From Chromatiales bacterium (GTDB lineage: Bacteria > Pseudomonadota > Gammaproteobacteria > JAJPIJ01): 64,000 bases of DNA. The notes under the pieces are model-generated. The model did not search any database and was not told the origin of the DNA. It saw only the letters and a program-made list of their open reading frames with translations. Below, piece after piece: positions 37,667 to 48,882 of the stretch (positions within the stretch are counted from its first letter, which is position 1; every line of letters starts with the position of its first letter). A program made the translations under genes and the position numbers. The stretch lies in contig JBQTIC010000059.1 in assembly GCA_052388435.1 (NCBI GenBank), positions 14,395-78,394 on the forward strand, given 5' to 3'.

Positions 37667-38431
37667 TCAGGCCGACGCTGGCGGCGCAGCGGCAGGGCGA
37701 TACAGCGCCAGAGCGTTTTCGCACAGCGCACGTCGTGCGAGATCCGGTTCCAGCGTCTCCTCGATCAGCCAAAGGTCCTGTTCCTCAAATGGCCTTCGCG
37801 CGCGCGTCGACGGCAGGTCGGTGCCAAACAGCAGTGCATTCGGGTTGATGCCTGCGATCTGACGGATTACGGGCGCAGGATCGAAGTCGAGCCGTCCGAG
37901 GCCGGTTGCCTTCACGCACGCGCCATGGTCGACAAGGTCGAGCAGCGCAGGCAGGCCTGCCTTGGTGAGACCGAGATGATCGATGACCACTTTCGGCAGG
38001 CTCCGCAGCGTGCTTAGAAGCGCGGGCAGCTTCGCGCCATCCACATAGAGTTCGACGTGCCAACCAGCGAGCTCGTGTACCCGTCTCGCAAACGTGGGAA
38101 GGTCAGAAACCTCCGCCGATCCGCCACGCTTGAGGTTGAATCGCACCGCCCGCACGCCGGCTGTATCGAGCTTGAGTATCTCCTCATCGCTCACCGCAGA
38201 GGGCAGCTGCGTAACACCCACGAATGATGGACCGAGGGATTGAAGTGCTGCGAGCAGATAGCCTTGATCGAACCCCTGAAACGAACCGGAGACAATCGCC
38301 CCCCCAACAATGCCCAGTGGTTTTGCGCGCGCCTGGTAGTCGCTGCATGTAAATGGCTTGGGCAGATAGCCCTGATTCGCCGTGAGCGGAAACCGCGGGT
38401 CGACGATGTGAAGATGACTGTCGAAGATCAT
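37667..38431 (-). CDS. Amidohydrolase_2 family protein (LigI/PDC lactonase-like)
   Basis: FDSHLHIVDP, GVRAVRFN, IDHLG, VKATG, LFGTDLP. Confidence 0.85.
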   Translation of the reverse strand: MIFDSHLHIVDPRFPLTANQGYLPKPFTCSDYQARAKPLGIVGGAIVSGSFQGFDQGYLLAALQSLGPSFVGVTQLPSAVSDEEILKLDTAGVRAVRFNLKRGGSAEVSDLPTFARRVHELAGWHVELYVDGAKLPALLSTLRSLPKVVIDHLGLTKAGLPALLDLVDHGACVKATGLGRLDFDPAPVIRQIAGINPNALLFGTDLPSTRARRPFEEQDLWLIEETLEPDLARRALCENALALYRPAAAPPASA

Positions 38432-38627
38432 CAGGTTACTACCCTCGCCATTGGAGAAGTTCGACGTCGTTCCCTGGGCTGCACAAGCTACCGAGTAACA
38501 CGGGTGAATTCCAATAACCGGTCTCGGCCACCCCGGGGCGCTTGCACAGGTCCTGCGACCGCACGATGTTTAATGGGCGCCGCTTTCTTCTGCGACTGGC
38601 AACGCATGGCTGCTAGAATAGCGCGCC

Positions 38628-39727
<1,100 letters not shown>

Positions 39728-39731
<4 letters not shown>

Positions 39732-40891
39732 CCTCGCTGTCGGCGGTGCCGTACGTCCGGCTGTCAGGATTCTATTTCGCCTACTTCGCTACCGTTGGCG
39801 CGCTGGTCCCGTATTTCAATCTTTACCTGCAGGCGCTCGCGTTCACGCCGGCGCAGATCGGCCAGGCGACCGCCATGCTGGTCGCGGGTCGCATCGTGGC
39901 TCCTGCGCTCTGGGGATGGATGGCCGACCGCACCGGCCGGCGCCTGCGGGTCGTTCGCTCCACCCTCGCGCTCTCGGTGCTGGCGTTTGCGCCGGTGTTA
40001 GCCGCGCGCGACTTCGTTCCCATGGCCCTTGTGCTGCTGCTCTACGGGTTGTTCTGGAGCGCTTCGCTGCCGCAGTTCGAAGCCATCACCCTCAATCACC
40101 TCGGCGCGCGCGTGGAGGCGTACTCGAAGGTGCGCTTGTGGGGCTCGATCGGTTTCATCATCACGGCGTCCTTCCTCGGTGCGCTGCTGCAACACGTCGG
40201 TATTAACTGGTTGCCGGCGATCCTGCTCCTGCTCATCATCAGCGTGTGGGCGAGCAGCTTGTGCACGCCAGAAGGCACAACGGCGGGCGGGGGTGCGGTG
40301 CGGCCCTCGCTGCGGCGCGTGCTGCTGCAGCCGAGTGTGCTCGCTCTCTTCGGCACCTTGTTGCTCATGCAGCTCTCCTACGGGCCCTACTACGCCTTTT
40401 ACACCATCTTCCTCGAACAGCACGGCTACACACGCACGACGATAGGGCTGCTCTGGTCTCTCGGTGTCGTCGCCGAGATCGCGTTGTTCCTGGTCATGCA
40501 CCGGCTGCTGCCGGCGTGGGGGTTGCGGCGGCTGATGCTGGCGAGCCTGGCGGCCGGCGTTGTGCGCTGGATGATGATCGGCCAGGGCGTGCAGTCGATG
40601 TGGATGCTTATCCTCGCCCAGCTCCTGCACGCGGCCACCTTCGGCATGCACCACGCCGCAGCGGTGCAATACGTGCACCAGCACTTTACGGGGCCGCTCC
40701 AGGGCCGCGGCCAGGCGCTTTACAGCAGCATCGCCTATGGGCTCGGTGGCGCGCTGGGCGCCTATGCAACGGGATACCTGTGGAGCCATCTCGGGCCGGC
40801 GCGGACCTACGCGGTCGCAGCTACCCTTTGCGCTCTCGCGTGGGGCATTGCGTGGCGGGGATTGCGGGAGACAGCACGCGAGCACTCATGA
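39728..40891 (+). CDS. MFS transporter (MFS_1_like, aroC-associated)
   Basis: [42 protein letters not shown]. Confidence 0.88.
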
Positions 40892-40980
40892 GATAGGTTC
40901 TAGTGCAATGCCGCAGGCTTGACCGCGTGTATCTGGCCCCCTACGCTCCGGGCTAGGATTAACTTCAGAGTGGATGTGTC

Positions 40981-41739
40981 ATGACCTATTGTCTCGCCGT
41001 CGCTGTGGAGAAGGGATTGGTGTTCGTTTCCGACTCCCGGACCAATGCGGGTATTGATCAGATCAGCATCTACAGCAAGATGCACCGCTTCGGGCGCGAG
41101 AGGGAGCGCCAGCTCGTGCTGCTCTCAGCCGGCAACCTGGCCACGGCGCAGGGCGTGGTGGCGAAGTTGCAGCGGGACATCCGCGACAGCGCGGATCCGA
41201 ATCTGTATGCGGTCAGCGATCTTCACGAGGCTGCCGATTATGTGGGTGCGGTAAACCGTGCCCAGCAGACCAGACTCACTGGCGGCGGATCGGCCTTCGA
41301 AGCTAGCTTCATACTGGGCGGTCAGATAGGGCAGGAACCGTCCGCCATCATGCTGGTGTATCCGGAAGGCAACCACATCACGGCCACCGCCGACACACCG
41401 TATTTGCAGATCGGCGAGAGCAAGTACGGCAAGCCCATCCTCGATCGGATCATCGCTGCCACGACGACTGTCGAGCACGCCGCGCTGTGCGCGCTGGTGT
41501 CTATGGACTCCACCCTGCGCAGCAACGTGACCGTAGGGCCGCCGATTGAGCTGGTGGTCTACCACCGTGACACGCTGACGCCAGGCGATTACCTGCGGCT
41601 CGACAACGACAGCGCCTACCTGCGGGAACTCAAGCGCTCCTGGGAGGAAGGCTTACGGGACGCGTTTCACCGTCTGCCTCCCATCAGCTTGGGCCGGGCC
41701 GGCGAGCGTCATATCGAGGGCCGCAGTGTCTCCGGCTAG
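40981..41739 (+). CDS. Anbu proteasome-type protease (Ntn hydrolase)
   Basis: MTYC with catalytic Thr at position 2; DSRTNAG, AGNLAT, QIGESKYGKPILDR, SMDST..SN.TVGPP. Confidence 0.9.
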   Translation: MTYCLAVAVEKGLVFVSDSRTNAGIDQISIYSKMHRFGRERERQLVLLSAGNLATAQGVVAKLQRDIRDSADPNLYAVSDLHEAADYVGAVNRAQQTRLTGGGSAFEASFILGGQIGQEPSAIMLVYPEGNHITATADTPYLQIGESKYGKPILDRIIAATTTVEHAALCALVSMDSTLRSNVTVGPPIELVVYHRDTLTPGDYLRLDNDSAYLRELKRSWEEGLRDAFHRLPPISLGRAGERHIEGRSVSG

Positions 41740-42714
41740 CGAAGGGTGCGGGCGACAGTACTGCTCCGCCCTTGCCATGCCAAACCAGCTTGCGGCGATG
41801 TAGTCGTGGACATCGGCCAATCCAATTTGCAGGCCGTCAAGATACTCGCGCAGTCCCTGCTGCATCAGCTTCGGGACGTCGACCTTCGCCAACTCGTCGC
41901 GTAACGACCGCGCGGCCTGCAGCGGCTCGCCAGAGTGAGGCAAAAGCGAGAGACGTAATTCCACTTCGCGGAGGCAATAGGCGACTGCGCGCGGAAAGTT
42001 GACGTCGCTCAGAAGGAACCTGACCACCTCCTGGCCCTTCACGCCCATCTGCACGTGCTGGTGGTACATCTGGTACGCGCTCATGCACAGCAAGACGCTC
42101 ATCCACAGCACGCTGTCCAGCGGCGTTGCGCGATCCGATGTGCCGGTCATGTCGGCGATCTGCGTGCGTCCGGCCGCCCCAAGGTCGAGAATGCGCGTCG
42201 TCATGTCGGCGCGCTCCAGATGTCGCCCGAGCCGGATGAAGTGGTAAGCGATGCCGTGGCTCATGGTGCCGGCCACGCGGCCGTTGAGCAGTTGGCACGC
42301 GCCCACGATCGCGCTGAGAAAGGGGTGGCGGTTGTTGCGGTTGACGGCCCTGGCGGCGTGCTCCTTGGCGTACCAGTAGGTGTCGTTCACCTGTTCCCAT
42401 GCCTCAATGGGAAGGATCTCGCGGGTTGTGCCGGCGTTCTCCCGCGCAAGGCTGATTGAACTCAATATGGAGGAGGGATTGCGTTCATCGGCGAGCAGGA
42501 ACCGCACGACTGGTCTTTCCTCGCCGACACCGTAGCGCTCGGCATACAGAGCCTCCAGGCCGAGGATCTCCACCATTATCTTCCACAGCGCGGGTCCCTG
42601 CCGGGGAGCATCGAGCATCATCTCCGTTACGGCGCCGACCATGCGCGCGGTGTTCTCGGCGCGCTCCATGTAGCGGCCGGTCCAGTACATCCGCTCGGCA
42701 ACGCGTGCGAGCAT
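41653..42714 (-). CDS. Alpha-E domain protein (DUF403)
   Basis: MLARVAERMYWTGRYMERAENTAR, ARENA, RLGRHLERADMTTRILD, FPRAV; C-terminal extension overlaps the Anbu 3' end. Confidence 0.9.
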   Translation of the reverse strand: MLARVAERMYWTGRYMERAENTARMVGAVTEMMLDAPRQGPALWKIMVEILGLEALYAERYGVGEERPVVRFLLADERNPSSILSSISLARENAGTTREILPIEAWEQVNDTYWYAKEHAARAVNRNNRHPFLSAIVGACQLLNGRVAGTMSHGIAYHFIRLGRHLERADMTTRILDLGAAGRTQIADMTGTSDRATPLDSVLWMSVLLCMSAYQMYHQHVQMGVKGQEVVRFLLSDVNFPRAVAYCLREVELRLSLLPHSGEPLQAARSLRDELAKVDVPKLMQQGLREYLDGLQIGLADVHDYIAASWFGMARAEQYCRPHPSLAGDTAALDMTLAGPAQADGRQTVKRVP

Positions 42715-44183
42715 CAGGGTCGGGCGCCCGCCGCCTCCCGGGGTGTAGAGATCACCCAGGTGTCCTTGCTGCCGCCGCCCTGCGAGGAGTTGACCACATA
42801 GGAACCCTTGACCAACGCGACCCGCGTAAGGCCGCCCGCGGTGACGAAGGTGTCCTTGCCCTGGAGGATGAACGGGCGCAGATCCACATGGCGCGGTTCC
42901 AACCGGCCGTCGCAGAGGGTTGGCGCGGTGGACAGCGTGATCAGGGGCTGGGCGACGTAGTCGCGAGGGGCGGCCTGGATGCGCTTCCTGAATTCGGCGA
43001 TCTGCCGCGCCTTCGCCTGCGGGCCGATGAGCATCCCGTAACCTCCCGATTCATTGGCTGGCTTGACGACGAGGCTGGCAAGGTTCGCCAGCACATGCTC
43101 GCGCTGCTTCGCATCAACGCACAGGTAAGTCGGCACGTTGGGCAATATGGCCTCTTCTCCCAGGTAGTACTTAATCATCTTCGGCACGTACGCGTAGACC
43201 ACCTTGTCATCGGCAATACCGCAGCCAGGGGCGTTGACCAGGGCGACGTTGCCGTGATGCCACGCCCGCATCAGACCGTGAACGCCAAGCATGGACTCGG
43301 GGTTGAACGTCGCCGGATCGAGGAAGAGATCGTCGATGCGGCGGTAGATGACATCCACGCGCGAGAGACCGCCGACCGTGCGCATGTACACACAGTCATC
43401 CTCACCGACCAGCAGATCGGAGCCTTCGACCAACTCCACGCCCATCTCGCGGGCGAGGAACACATGCTCGAAGTAGGCGGCGTTGTAGATCCCGGGGGTG
43501 AGCACCACGATCTCGGGTTTGTCCAGCGGCCGTGGGCTCAATGTGGCCAGCATCTCGAACAGGCGCTCGGTGTAGTCGTCGACGGGCAGGATCTCGTGGT
43601 CAGCGAACAGCTCCGGCAGCACACGCTTGGTGATCATGCGGTTCTCGATCATGTAGGAGACGCCGGAGGGCACCCGCAGGTTGTCCTCCAGGACGTACCA
43701 GGTCCCGTCCTTATCCCGCACCAGATCGGTGCCGCATATGTGTGCCCATAGACCATGAGCCGGCTGCATTCCAACGCACTGCTGGCGGAAGTTCTTCGAG
43801 CTGGCGAGGATGTCTTCGGGTATGACGCCGGCCCGCAGGATGCGCTGACCGTTGTAGATGTCGTGGATGAAGCAATTGAGGGCAGTCAGCCGTTGCTTGA
43901 GGCCCGCCTCGGTCCTGCGCCATTCGTTTGCCGGGACAACGCGCGGGATGATGTCGAAAGGCCATTGCCGCTCAATGTTCTGGCCCTCGCTGTACACCGT
44001 GAAGGTGATCCCCATGGCCTTGATGGCCAGATCCGCCGCCGTCTTGCGCAGCTTTACCTCATCGGGCGACAGCGATCCCAGATAAGAGGTGAGCGCCCGT
44101 GACTCGGGGCGCGGCTGTCCGGACGCCGCGATGAGCTCGTCGTAGCACACACCCGGCTTGTATCTTTCCCAGTCGATTCGCAT
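42714..44183 (-). CDS. Circularly permuted type 2 ATP-grasp protein
   Basis: GITFTVY, WPFDIIPR, VLEDNLRVPSGVSY, VIYRRIDD, VVKPANESGGYG, RHVDLRP, VVNSSQGGGSKDTWV. Confidence 0.93.
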   Translation of the reverse strand: MRIDWERYKPGVCYDELIAASGQPRPESRALTSYLGSLSPDEVKLRKTAADLAIKAMGITFTVYSEGQNIERQWPFDIIPRVVPANEWRRTEAGLKQRLTALNCFIHDIYNGQRILRAGVIPEDILASSKNFRQQCVGMQPAHGLWAHICGTDLVRDKDGTWYVLEDNLRVPSGVSYMIENRMITKRVLPELFADHEILPVDDYTERLFEMLATLSPRPLDKPEIVVLTPGIYNAAYFEHVFLAREMGVELVEGSDLLVGEDDCVYMRTVGGLSRVDVIYRRIDDLFLDPATFNPESMLGVHGLMRAWHHGNVALVNAPGCGIADDKVVYAYVPKMIKYYLGEEAILPNVPTYLCVDAKQREHVLANLASLVVKPANESGGYGMLIGPQAKARQIAEFRKRIQAAPRDYVAQPLITLSTAPTLCDGRLEPRHVDLRPFILQGKDTFVTAGGLTRVALVKGSYVVNSSQGGGSKDTWVISTPREAAGARP

Positions 44184-44215
44184 AGGCGGCCTGTTAGTCA
44201 GTTTACAATAGGCAA

Positions 44216-44231
44216 GGCAAGCGGCGGTCCA
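44216..44231 (-). promoter_or_regulatory. Candidate sigma54 (-24/-12) promoter of the ATP-grasp/alpha-E operon
   Basis: Minus strand TGGACC-GCCGC-TTGC (GG-N10-GC), about 35 bp upstream of the ATG. Confidence 0.4.
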
Positions 44232-44272
44232 GGATCTTAGTCGTCGTGCTCTCTACACGATCAGGCAACGTA

Positions 44273-45340
44273 ATGAACGAGACGGAACGGGCGGAGGAGG
44301 CCTTGCGTGAAGCCGTGGTGATGGCGGCTGGCGCAGGGGAGCCGCTGCGGATTATTGGCGGTGGTAGCAAGTCGTTCTACGGTCGCGAGATCGGCGGCAG
44401 GGCGCTTTCCGTGTCGTCATTGCGGGGCGTGGTCGCTCACGAGCCGAGTGAACTGGTTTTCACCGCCCTGGCCGGCACGCCGCTGCGCGAGGTTGAGGAT
44501 GTGCTGGCTGCGGCCAATCAGGGGCTCGCCTTCGAGCCGCCGCATTTCGGAGAGGCCGCGACCCTTGGTGGCACTATTGCCTGCGGACTGTCCGGACCGC
44601 GGCGCCCCTATGCCGGGGCCGTCCGGGATTTCGTGCTGGGCGTACGCTGCATGAATGGCAAGGGTGAAATCCTGCGCTTCGGTGGGCGGGTAATGAAAAA
44701 CGTCGCTGGCTACGATGTCTCCAGGCTGATGGCCGGCTCACTCGGCACGCTGGGGATCATTCTCGAGGTATCCCTGAAGGTGCTGCCACAGCCGGAGAGC
44801 GAACGCACCTTGTGTTACGACATGCCGGTCGTCGATGCCATCGAGCGAATGAACCGGTGGGCAGGCAAACCGCTGCCGCTGTCTGCCGCCATTTACTACG
44901 CGGACGCGTTGTGGGTGCGCTTCTCGGGCGCTCCCGGCGCGGTGGATTCCGCACACAAGAGCCTGGGCGGCGCGGTGGTGGCCGACAGCGCCCGCTTATG
45001 GCGCGATCTGCGTGAACACAATCTGGAGTTCTTCCGTGACCGCCAGCCGCTGTGGCGGCTATCCGTGCCGCCCGCCTGTCCTCACCTGCCAATGGCGGGA
45101 GAATGGCTGATTGACTGGGGCGGTGCGCAGCGCTGGCTCAAGACCAACCTCGATCCGCAGGCCGTGCGTGCGCCCATCTCCGCTGCAGGCGGCCACGCCA
45201 CGCTGTTTCGCGGCGGCGATCGGCACGGTCAGGTCTTCACGCCGCTGGATCCGGTAGCCCTGCGTATTCACTGCGAACTGAAGCGCCGCTTCGATCCGAG
45301 GGGCATCTTCAACATCGGCCGCATGTACGCCGAGTTCTGA
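44273..45340 (+). CDS. glcE: Glycolate oxidase FAD-binding subunit
   Basis: HEPSELV, FEPPHF, TLGGTIACGLSGPRR, FGGRVMKNVAGYDVSRL, FDPRGIFN. Confidence 0.93.
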   Translation: MNETERAEEALREAVVMAAGAGEPLRIIGGGSKSFYGREIGGRALSVSSLRGVVAHEPSELVFTALAGTPLREVEDVLAAANQGLAFEPPHFGEAATLGGTIACGLSGPRRPYAGAVRDFVLGVRCMNGKGEILRFGGRVMKNVAGYDVSRLMAGSLGTLGIILEVSLKVLPQPESERTLCYDMPVVDAIERMNRWAGKPLPLSAAIYYADALWVRFSGAPGAVDSAHKSLGGAVVADSARLWRDLREHNLEFFRDRQPLWRLSVPPACPHLPMAGEWLIDWGGAQRWLKTNLDPQAVRAPISAAGGHATLFRGGDRHGQVFTPLDPVALRIHCELKRRFDPRGIFNIGRMYAEF

Positions 45341-45346
45341 ACCGCC

Positions 45347-46552
45347 ATGCAGACGGCGTTGCTGCCCGAGTTCTTGAAGACGCCGAACGGTGAAGAGGCG
45401 GATCGGATCCTGCGCACTTGCGTCCATTGCGGCTTCTGCACGGCGACCTGCCCGACTTACCAGTTGCTCGGCGATGAACTGGACGGACCGCGCGGTCGCA
45501 TCTATCTCATCAAGGCCATGCTCGAGGGCGGCGAGGTTACACAGGCTACGCAACTGCATCTGGATCGTTGCCTGACCTGCCGTGCCTGCGAGCCCACGTG
45601 TCCCTCCGGGGTTCAGTACGGCAGATTGCTGGATATCGGCCGGATGCACATGGAGGAACTGGTACCACGCAATGTCAGCCAGCGTCTCGTTCGTTACCTG
45701 TTGCGATGGGTGCTGCCTCATCGCTGGCGCTTTGCATGCCTGATGCGTCCCGCGCAATGGTTGCGCCCGCTGCTGCCGGCCGTGCTGAAGCGCAAGATAC
45801 CGCCGCTGACAGAGGTGCCGGCGCGACCGACGCGGTCACACGCGCGCAAGGTGCTGATGCTCGAGGGTTGCGTGCAGCCGATTCTGGCGCCGTCCATCAA
45901 CGCGCACGCCGCACAGGTACTTGACGAGCTGGAAATCCAGGCGGTGACGGTCGAACAGGCGGGATGCTGTGGCGCCCTCAGTCATCACCTTTGTGCGACC
46001 GAGGAGGCGCTCGAATGTGCGCGGCGGAACATCGACGCTTGGTGGCCGCGGCTGGAGGCGGGCGCGGAAGCGGTCGTCATCACCGCGAGCGCTTGCGCGA
46101 CCATGATCAAGGCATACGGCCACCTGCTGCGCCACGACCGGCGCTATGCGAGAAAGGCGGCGGGAGTCTCGGAAGCTGCACGCGACATAGTCGAGGTGCT
46201 GGCTCGGGAGGATCTGGCGCCATTCGTGCGGCAACGTCACGAACGCATTGCCTTTCATGCACCATGCACCCTGCAGCACGGCGAGCGGCTCGCAGGTGTT
46301 ACCGAGCAACTGCTGAGCAGCCTGGGCTACACGTTGACGCCTGTCAAAGACGCCCACCTGTGCTGCGGCTCGGCGGGGACCTACTCGATCCTTCAGCCGG
46401 CGCTGGCAAAGGCGCTGCGTGAACGCAAACTGGAGAACCTGCAGACGGACTCACCTGCCATCATCGCCACTGCCAACATCGGCTGTCTGGCATTCCTGCA
46501 GGAAAAGGCTGGAGTGCCGGTCCGGCACTGGATCGAACTGATCGCGAGATGA
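45347..46552 (+). CDS. glcF: Glycolate oxidase Fe-S subunit
   Basis: CVHCGFCTATCPTY, HLDRCLTCRACEPTCPSGV, GCCGA, CCGSAGTY, TANIGC. Confidence 0.95.
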   Translation: MQTALLPEFLKTPNGEEADRILRTCVHCGFCTATCPTYQLLGDELDGPRGRIYLIKAMLEGGEVTQATQLHLDRCLTCRACEPTCPSGVQYGRLLDIGRMHMEELVPRNVSQRLVRYLLRWVLPHRWRFACLMRPAQWLRPLLPAVLKRKIPPLTEVPARPTRSHARKVLMLEGCVQPILAPSINAHAAQVLDELEIQAVTVEQAGCCGALSHHLCATEEALECARRNIDAWWPRLEAGAEAVVITASACATMIKAYGHLLRHDRRYARKAAGVSEAARDIVEVLAREDLAPFVRQRHERIAFHAPCTLQHGERLAGVTEQLLSSLGYTLTPVKDAHLCCGSAGTYSILQPALAKALRERKLENLQTDSPAIIATANIGCLAFLQEKAGVPVRHWIELIAR

Positions 46553-46584
46553 AAAAGGCCGCTGGCCATCCGGGGCCAGCGGCC
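46552..46584 (-). terminator. Rho-independent terminator of the glycine-zipper gene
   Basis: 11-bp stem GGCCGCTGGCC/GGCCAGCGGCC, 6-nt loop, U-tract on the minus strand. Confidence 0.7.
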
Positions 46585-46616
46585 GCTGCACGACAGTGCA
46601 GAGGAGTCTTTAAACG

Positions 46617-47075
46617 CTAGTAGTCAGAGCTGACGGTCTTCCAGCTCCCGTCGTTCTGGCGGCAGGCCGTCCCGTAGACGCTTTCCCGCTGCCCGCCAAT
46701 GACCGCGTCCGTGGTGAATTCGCGACACGGCCCGCTTGCTGTTCCATACGTGCGCGTCGGCGTCACCGCGTATTGCGCGCCAGAGTCCGGATTGACCCAT
46801 GCCACGCTGTTGCCGGTGGGCGAGGTTTCCAGGACCTGATGTGCCTTGATCCGGTCCACCTCGTCCATGCTTCTGCCGACCTGCCCGCCCAGATACATGC
46901 CGAGCACAGCACCGGCCGCGGTTGCCGCCAACTGGCCGGTTCCCTCGCCGATCTGTGCGCCGAGCAAGCCGCCCAATGCGCCACCCACGGCCTGGCCTCC
47001 CAGTTCCTTGTTGGCCGTGCATCCGGCAGCGGTAAGCGCACTCACAAGTATCACAGCAGCGATACGATATTTCAT
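46617..47075 (-). CDS. Glycine-zipper lipoprotein (17-kDa surface antigen/RT0821 family)
   Basis: Lipobox AAGC, GGALGGLLGAQIG, W.NPDSG, GPCREF, GTACRQNDGSW. Confidence 0.9.
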   Translation of the reverse strand: MKYRIAAVILVSALTAAGCTANKELGGQAVGGALGGLLGAQIGEGTGQLAATAAGAVLGMYLGGQVGRSMDEVDRIKAHQVLETSPTGNSVAWVNPDSGAQYAVTPTRTYGTASGPCREFTTDAVIGGQRESVYGTACRQNDGSWKTVSSDY

Positions 47076-47248
47076 AGTGTGCTCATTGCCTCCCTCATTA
47101 AAGTACTGCCAAGTCGCAGATTAATCACATCTCGCTGAACAACAACTGAACTCCGGTGTATCACGACGCTCGGTGAGACGTCGGTGGAGTAAGACCGGGG
47201 CAGACAGGGATGGTTCCGGTGAAGCAGGATGGGCAATGCGACGACAAC

Positions 47249-47278
47249 AAAGAAAAAAGGCGGGGAACCCGCCTTCTT
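47249..47278 (-). terminator. Rho-independent terminator of vacJ
   Basis: AGGCGGG-GAA-CCCGCCT with an A-run on the plus strand (U-tract on minus). Confidence 0.75.
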
Positions 47279-47305
47279 TCCTGTTCCGCTTAATGGCGCA
47301 TGAAC

Positions 47306-48067
47306 TCAGTAAACCTTGAGGACGCCATCCTCCTCCTCGATGTACTCAAGGTCCTTGGTCGGCGGGTTGCCGTCATAGATCCTGTACTCGCGGTTCTGGC
47401 GATAGGCCTCGCGGGTGAAACTGTAGGCGTCCAGTGCCGCCTCGTCGCGGATACGCGTGGCCTCGAGCAGATTGGCGCGCTTATTGATACCGTTCACGAT
47501 GCCGAGCGGCAAGGTGACTGTGGTGCTTACATAGAACAGCGGGTTGAGCACCGTGCTCGTTGCCAGATCCGGCGCATCGCGTACCGAATTGGGCCCGAAT
47601 ATCGGCAGCACGAGGTATGCGCCTTCGCCGGCACCCCACTTGCCAAACGTCTGGCCGAGATCCTCGTCGTTTTTCGGGAGGCCCGCGCCGCTGGCGACGT
47701 CGAACAGCCCGCCGAAGCCCACGGTGCTGTTGAGCAGGAAGCGGCCGGTGTCGTTGGCGGCCTGCTGGAACTTGCCCTGCAGCACATCGTTGGCGATGAC
47801 GTTGATGTAGGAGACGTTATCGAAGAAGTTGGTGACGCCCATGCGCACGCCTTTGGGCGTGACCTTGCTGTAAGCCGTTGCCACCGGCTTGATGACCGCC
47901 TTATCTAGGCTGTCATTGATGTTGTAGATGACGCGGTTGACTCCCTGCAACGGGTCGTCGTCCTCGGCCGCGTTGCCCACGCAACCGGAGAGCAACATCA
48001 AGATGATTAGCCCCGCGAAGGCCTCTATGCGGCCCACGTTATTGTACATTTTCATATTCAGCCCCAA
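47306..48067 (-). CDS. mlaA: VacJ/MlaA lipoprotein
   Basis: Lipobox LSGC, DDPLQGVNR, RFLLNSTVGFGGLFDVA, EDLGQTFGKWG, YLVLPIFGPNSVRD. Confidence 0.93.
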   Translation of the reverse strand: MGLNMKMYNNVGRIEAFAGLIILMLLSGCVGNAAEDDDPLQGVNRVIYNINDSLDKAVIKPVATAYSKVTPKGVRMGVTNFFDNVSYINVIANDVLQGKFQQAANDTGRFLLNSTVGFGGLFDVASGAGLPKNDEDLGQTFGKWGAGEGAYLVLPIFGPNSVRDAPDLATSTVLNPLFYVSTTVTLPLGIVNGINKRANLLEATRIRDEAALDAYSFTREAYRQNREYRIYDGNPPTKDLEYIEEEDGVLKVY

Positions 48068-48120
48068 TTCCAGCGCCCCTATATATAGTGCGCTGTCCCC
48101 ACTTGCAACGCAATGTCTAG

Positions 48121-48747
48121 CTAATTGCCCGTGCTTCTGGGCGCAGACTCGTACCGCACGATCCTATCATTCAGCTTTGCGATCAGCGCAGCATAGCCTT
48201 CATTCTTTATTATCGACGTATAGTCAGCGCGCTTTAATGACAGATCACTGATGCCGTCGGCGATGACATTCAAAATGCGCCAGCGGTTATCCTTGCTCTG
48301 GCGCAGGACATAATCCAGTTTGACCGCCGAGCCGTCCGGCTTGAGTAGCTCCGTCTTCACTATCACGTTGTTTCCGCTCTGGTTTTCTTCCAAAACGTGG
48401 TGGAAGGACTCGCCGCTGAAGTTGTCAAACCGGGAGGCGTACGTGGCGATGCTTAATCGTGAAAAGGTCTCCACGAACGTGTTCTGCTCCTCGGGGCTCA
48501 GCTCCGACCAGTGGCGTCCGACGACGACCCGGGCGATGCCCGGAAAGTCAAAGCTCTGGCTGATCACGGGATCCAGCGTCTGGTAGCGTCCCGTGTAGCC
48601 GAGTTCTGCGGATCGCTTCATGACATCGAGCAACGCCTCGTGCAGCTTGTCGACTGTCTTGCCCGCATCCGTCTGGCCGGCGGCGCCGGCAGTAAGCGAC
48701 GACCCGCTCAGAGCGAGTACGATCAGCACCGCGCGCAGATAGAGCAT
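48121..48747 (-). CDS. hpnM: MlaC/Ttg2D-family periplasmic lipid carrier; HpnM-like by context
   Basis: FDFPGIARVVVGRHW, YASRFDNFSGE, LDYVL, WRILNVIADGISDL. Confidence 0.8.
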   Translation of the reverse strand: MLYLRAVLIVLALSGSSLTAGAAGQTDAGKTVDKLHEALLDVMKRSAELGYTGRYQTLDPVISQSFDFPGIARVVVGRHWSELSPEEQNTFVETFSRLSIATYASRFDNFSGESFHHVLEENQSGNNVIVKTELLKPDGSAVKLDYVLRQSKDNRWRILNVIADGISDLSLKRADYTSIIKNEGYAALIAKLNDRIVRYESAPRSTGN

Positions 48748-48882
48748 GCTTATGCCTCCTCAGGCAGATATACGGCTACTGTGACGGAACCGGAGGCGGG
48801 AAAGTTCACGGCGGCTGTGAAAAAGCAGCCGCCACCAACACACACTCGAGAGCTGTCTGCTGCATAGACAAGATCTTGCGGC

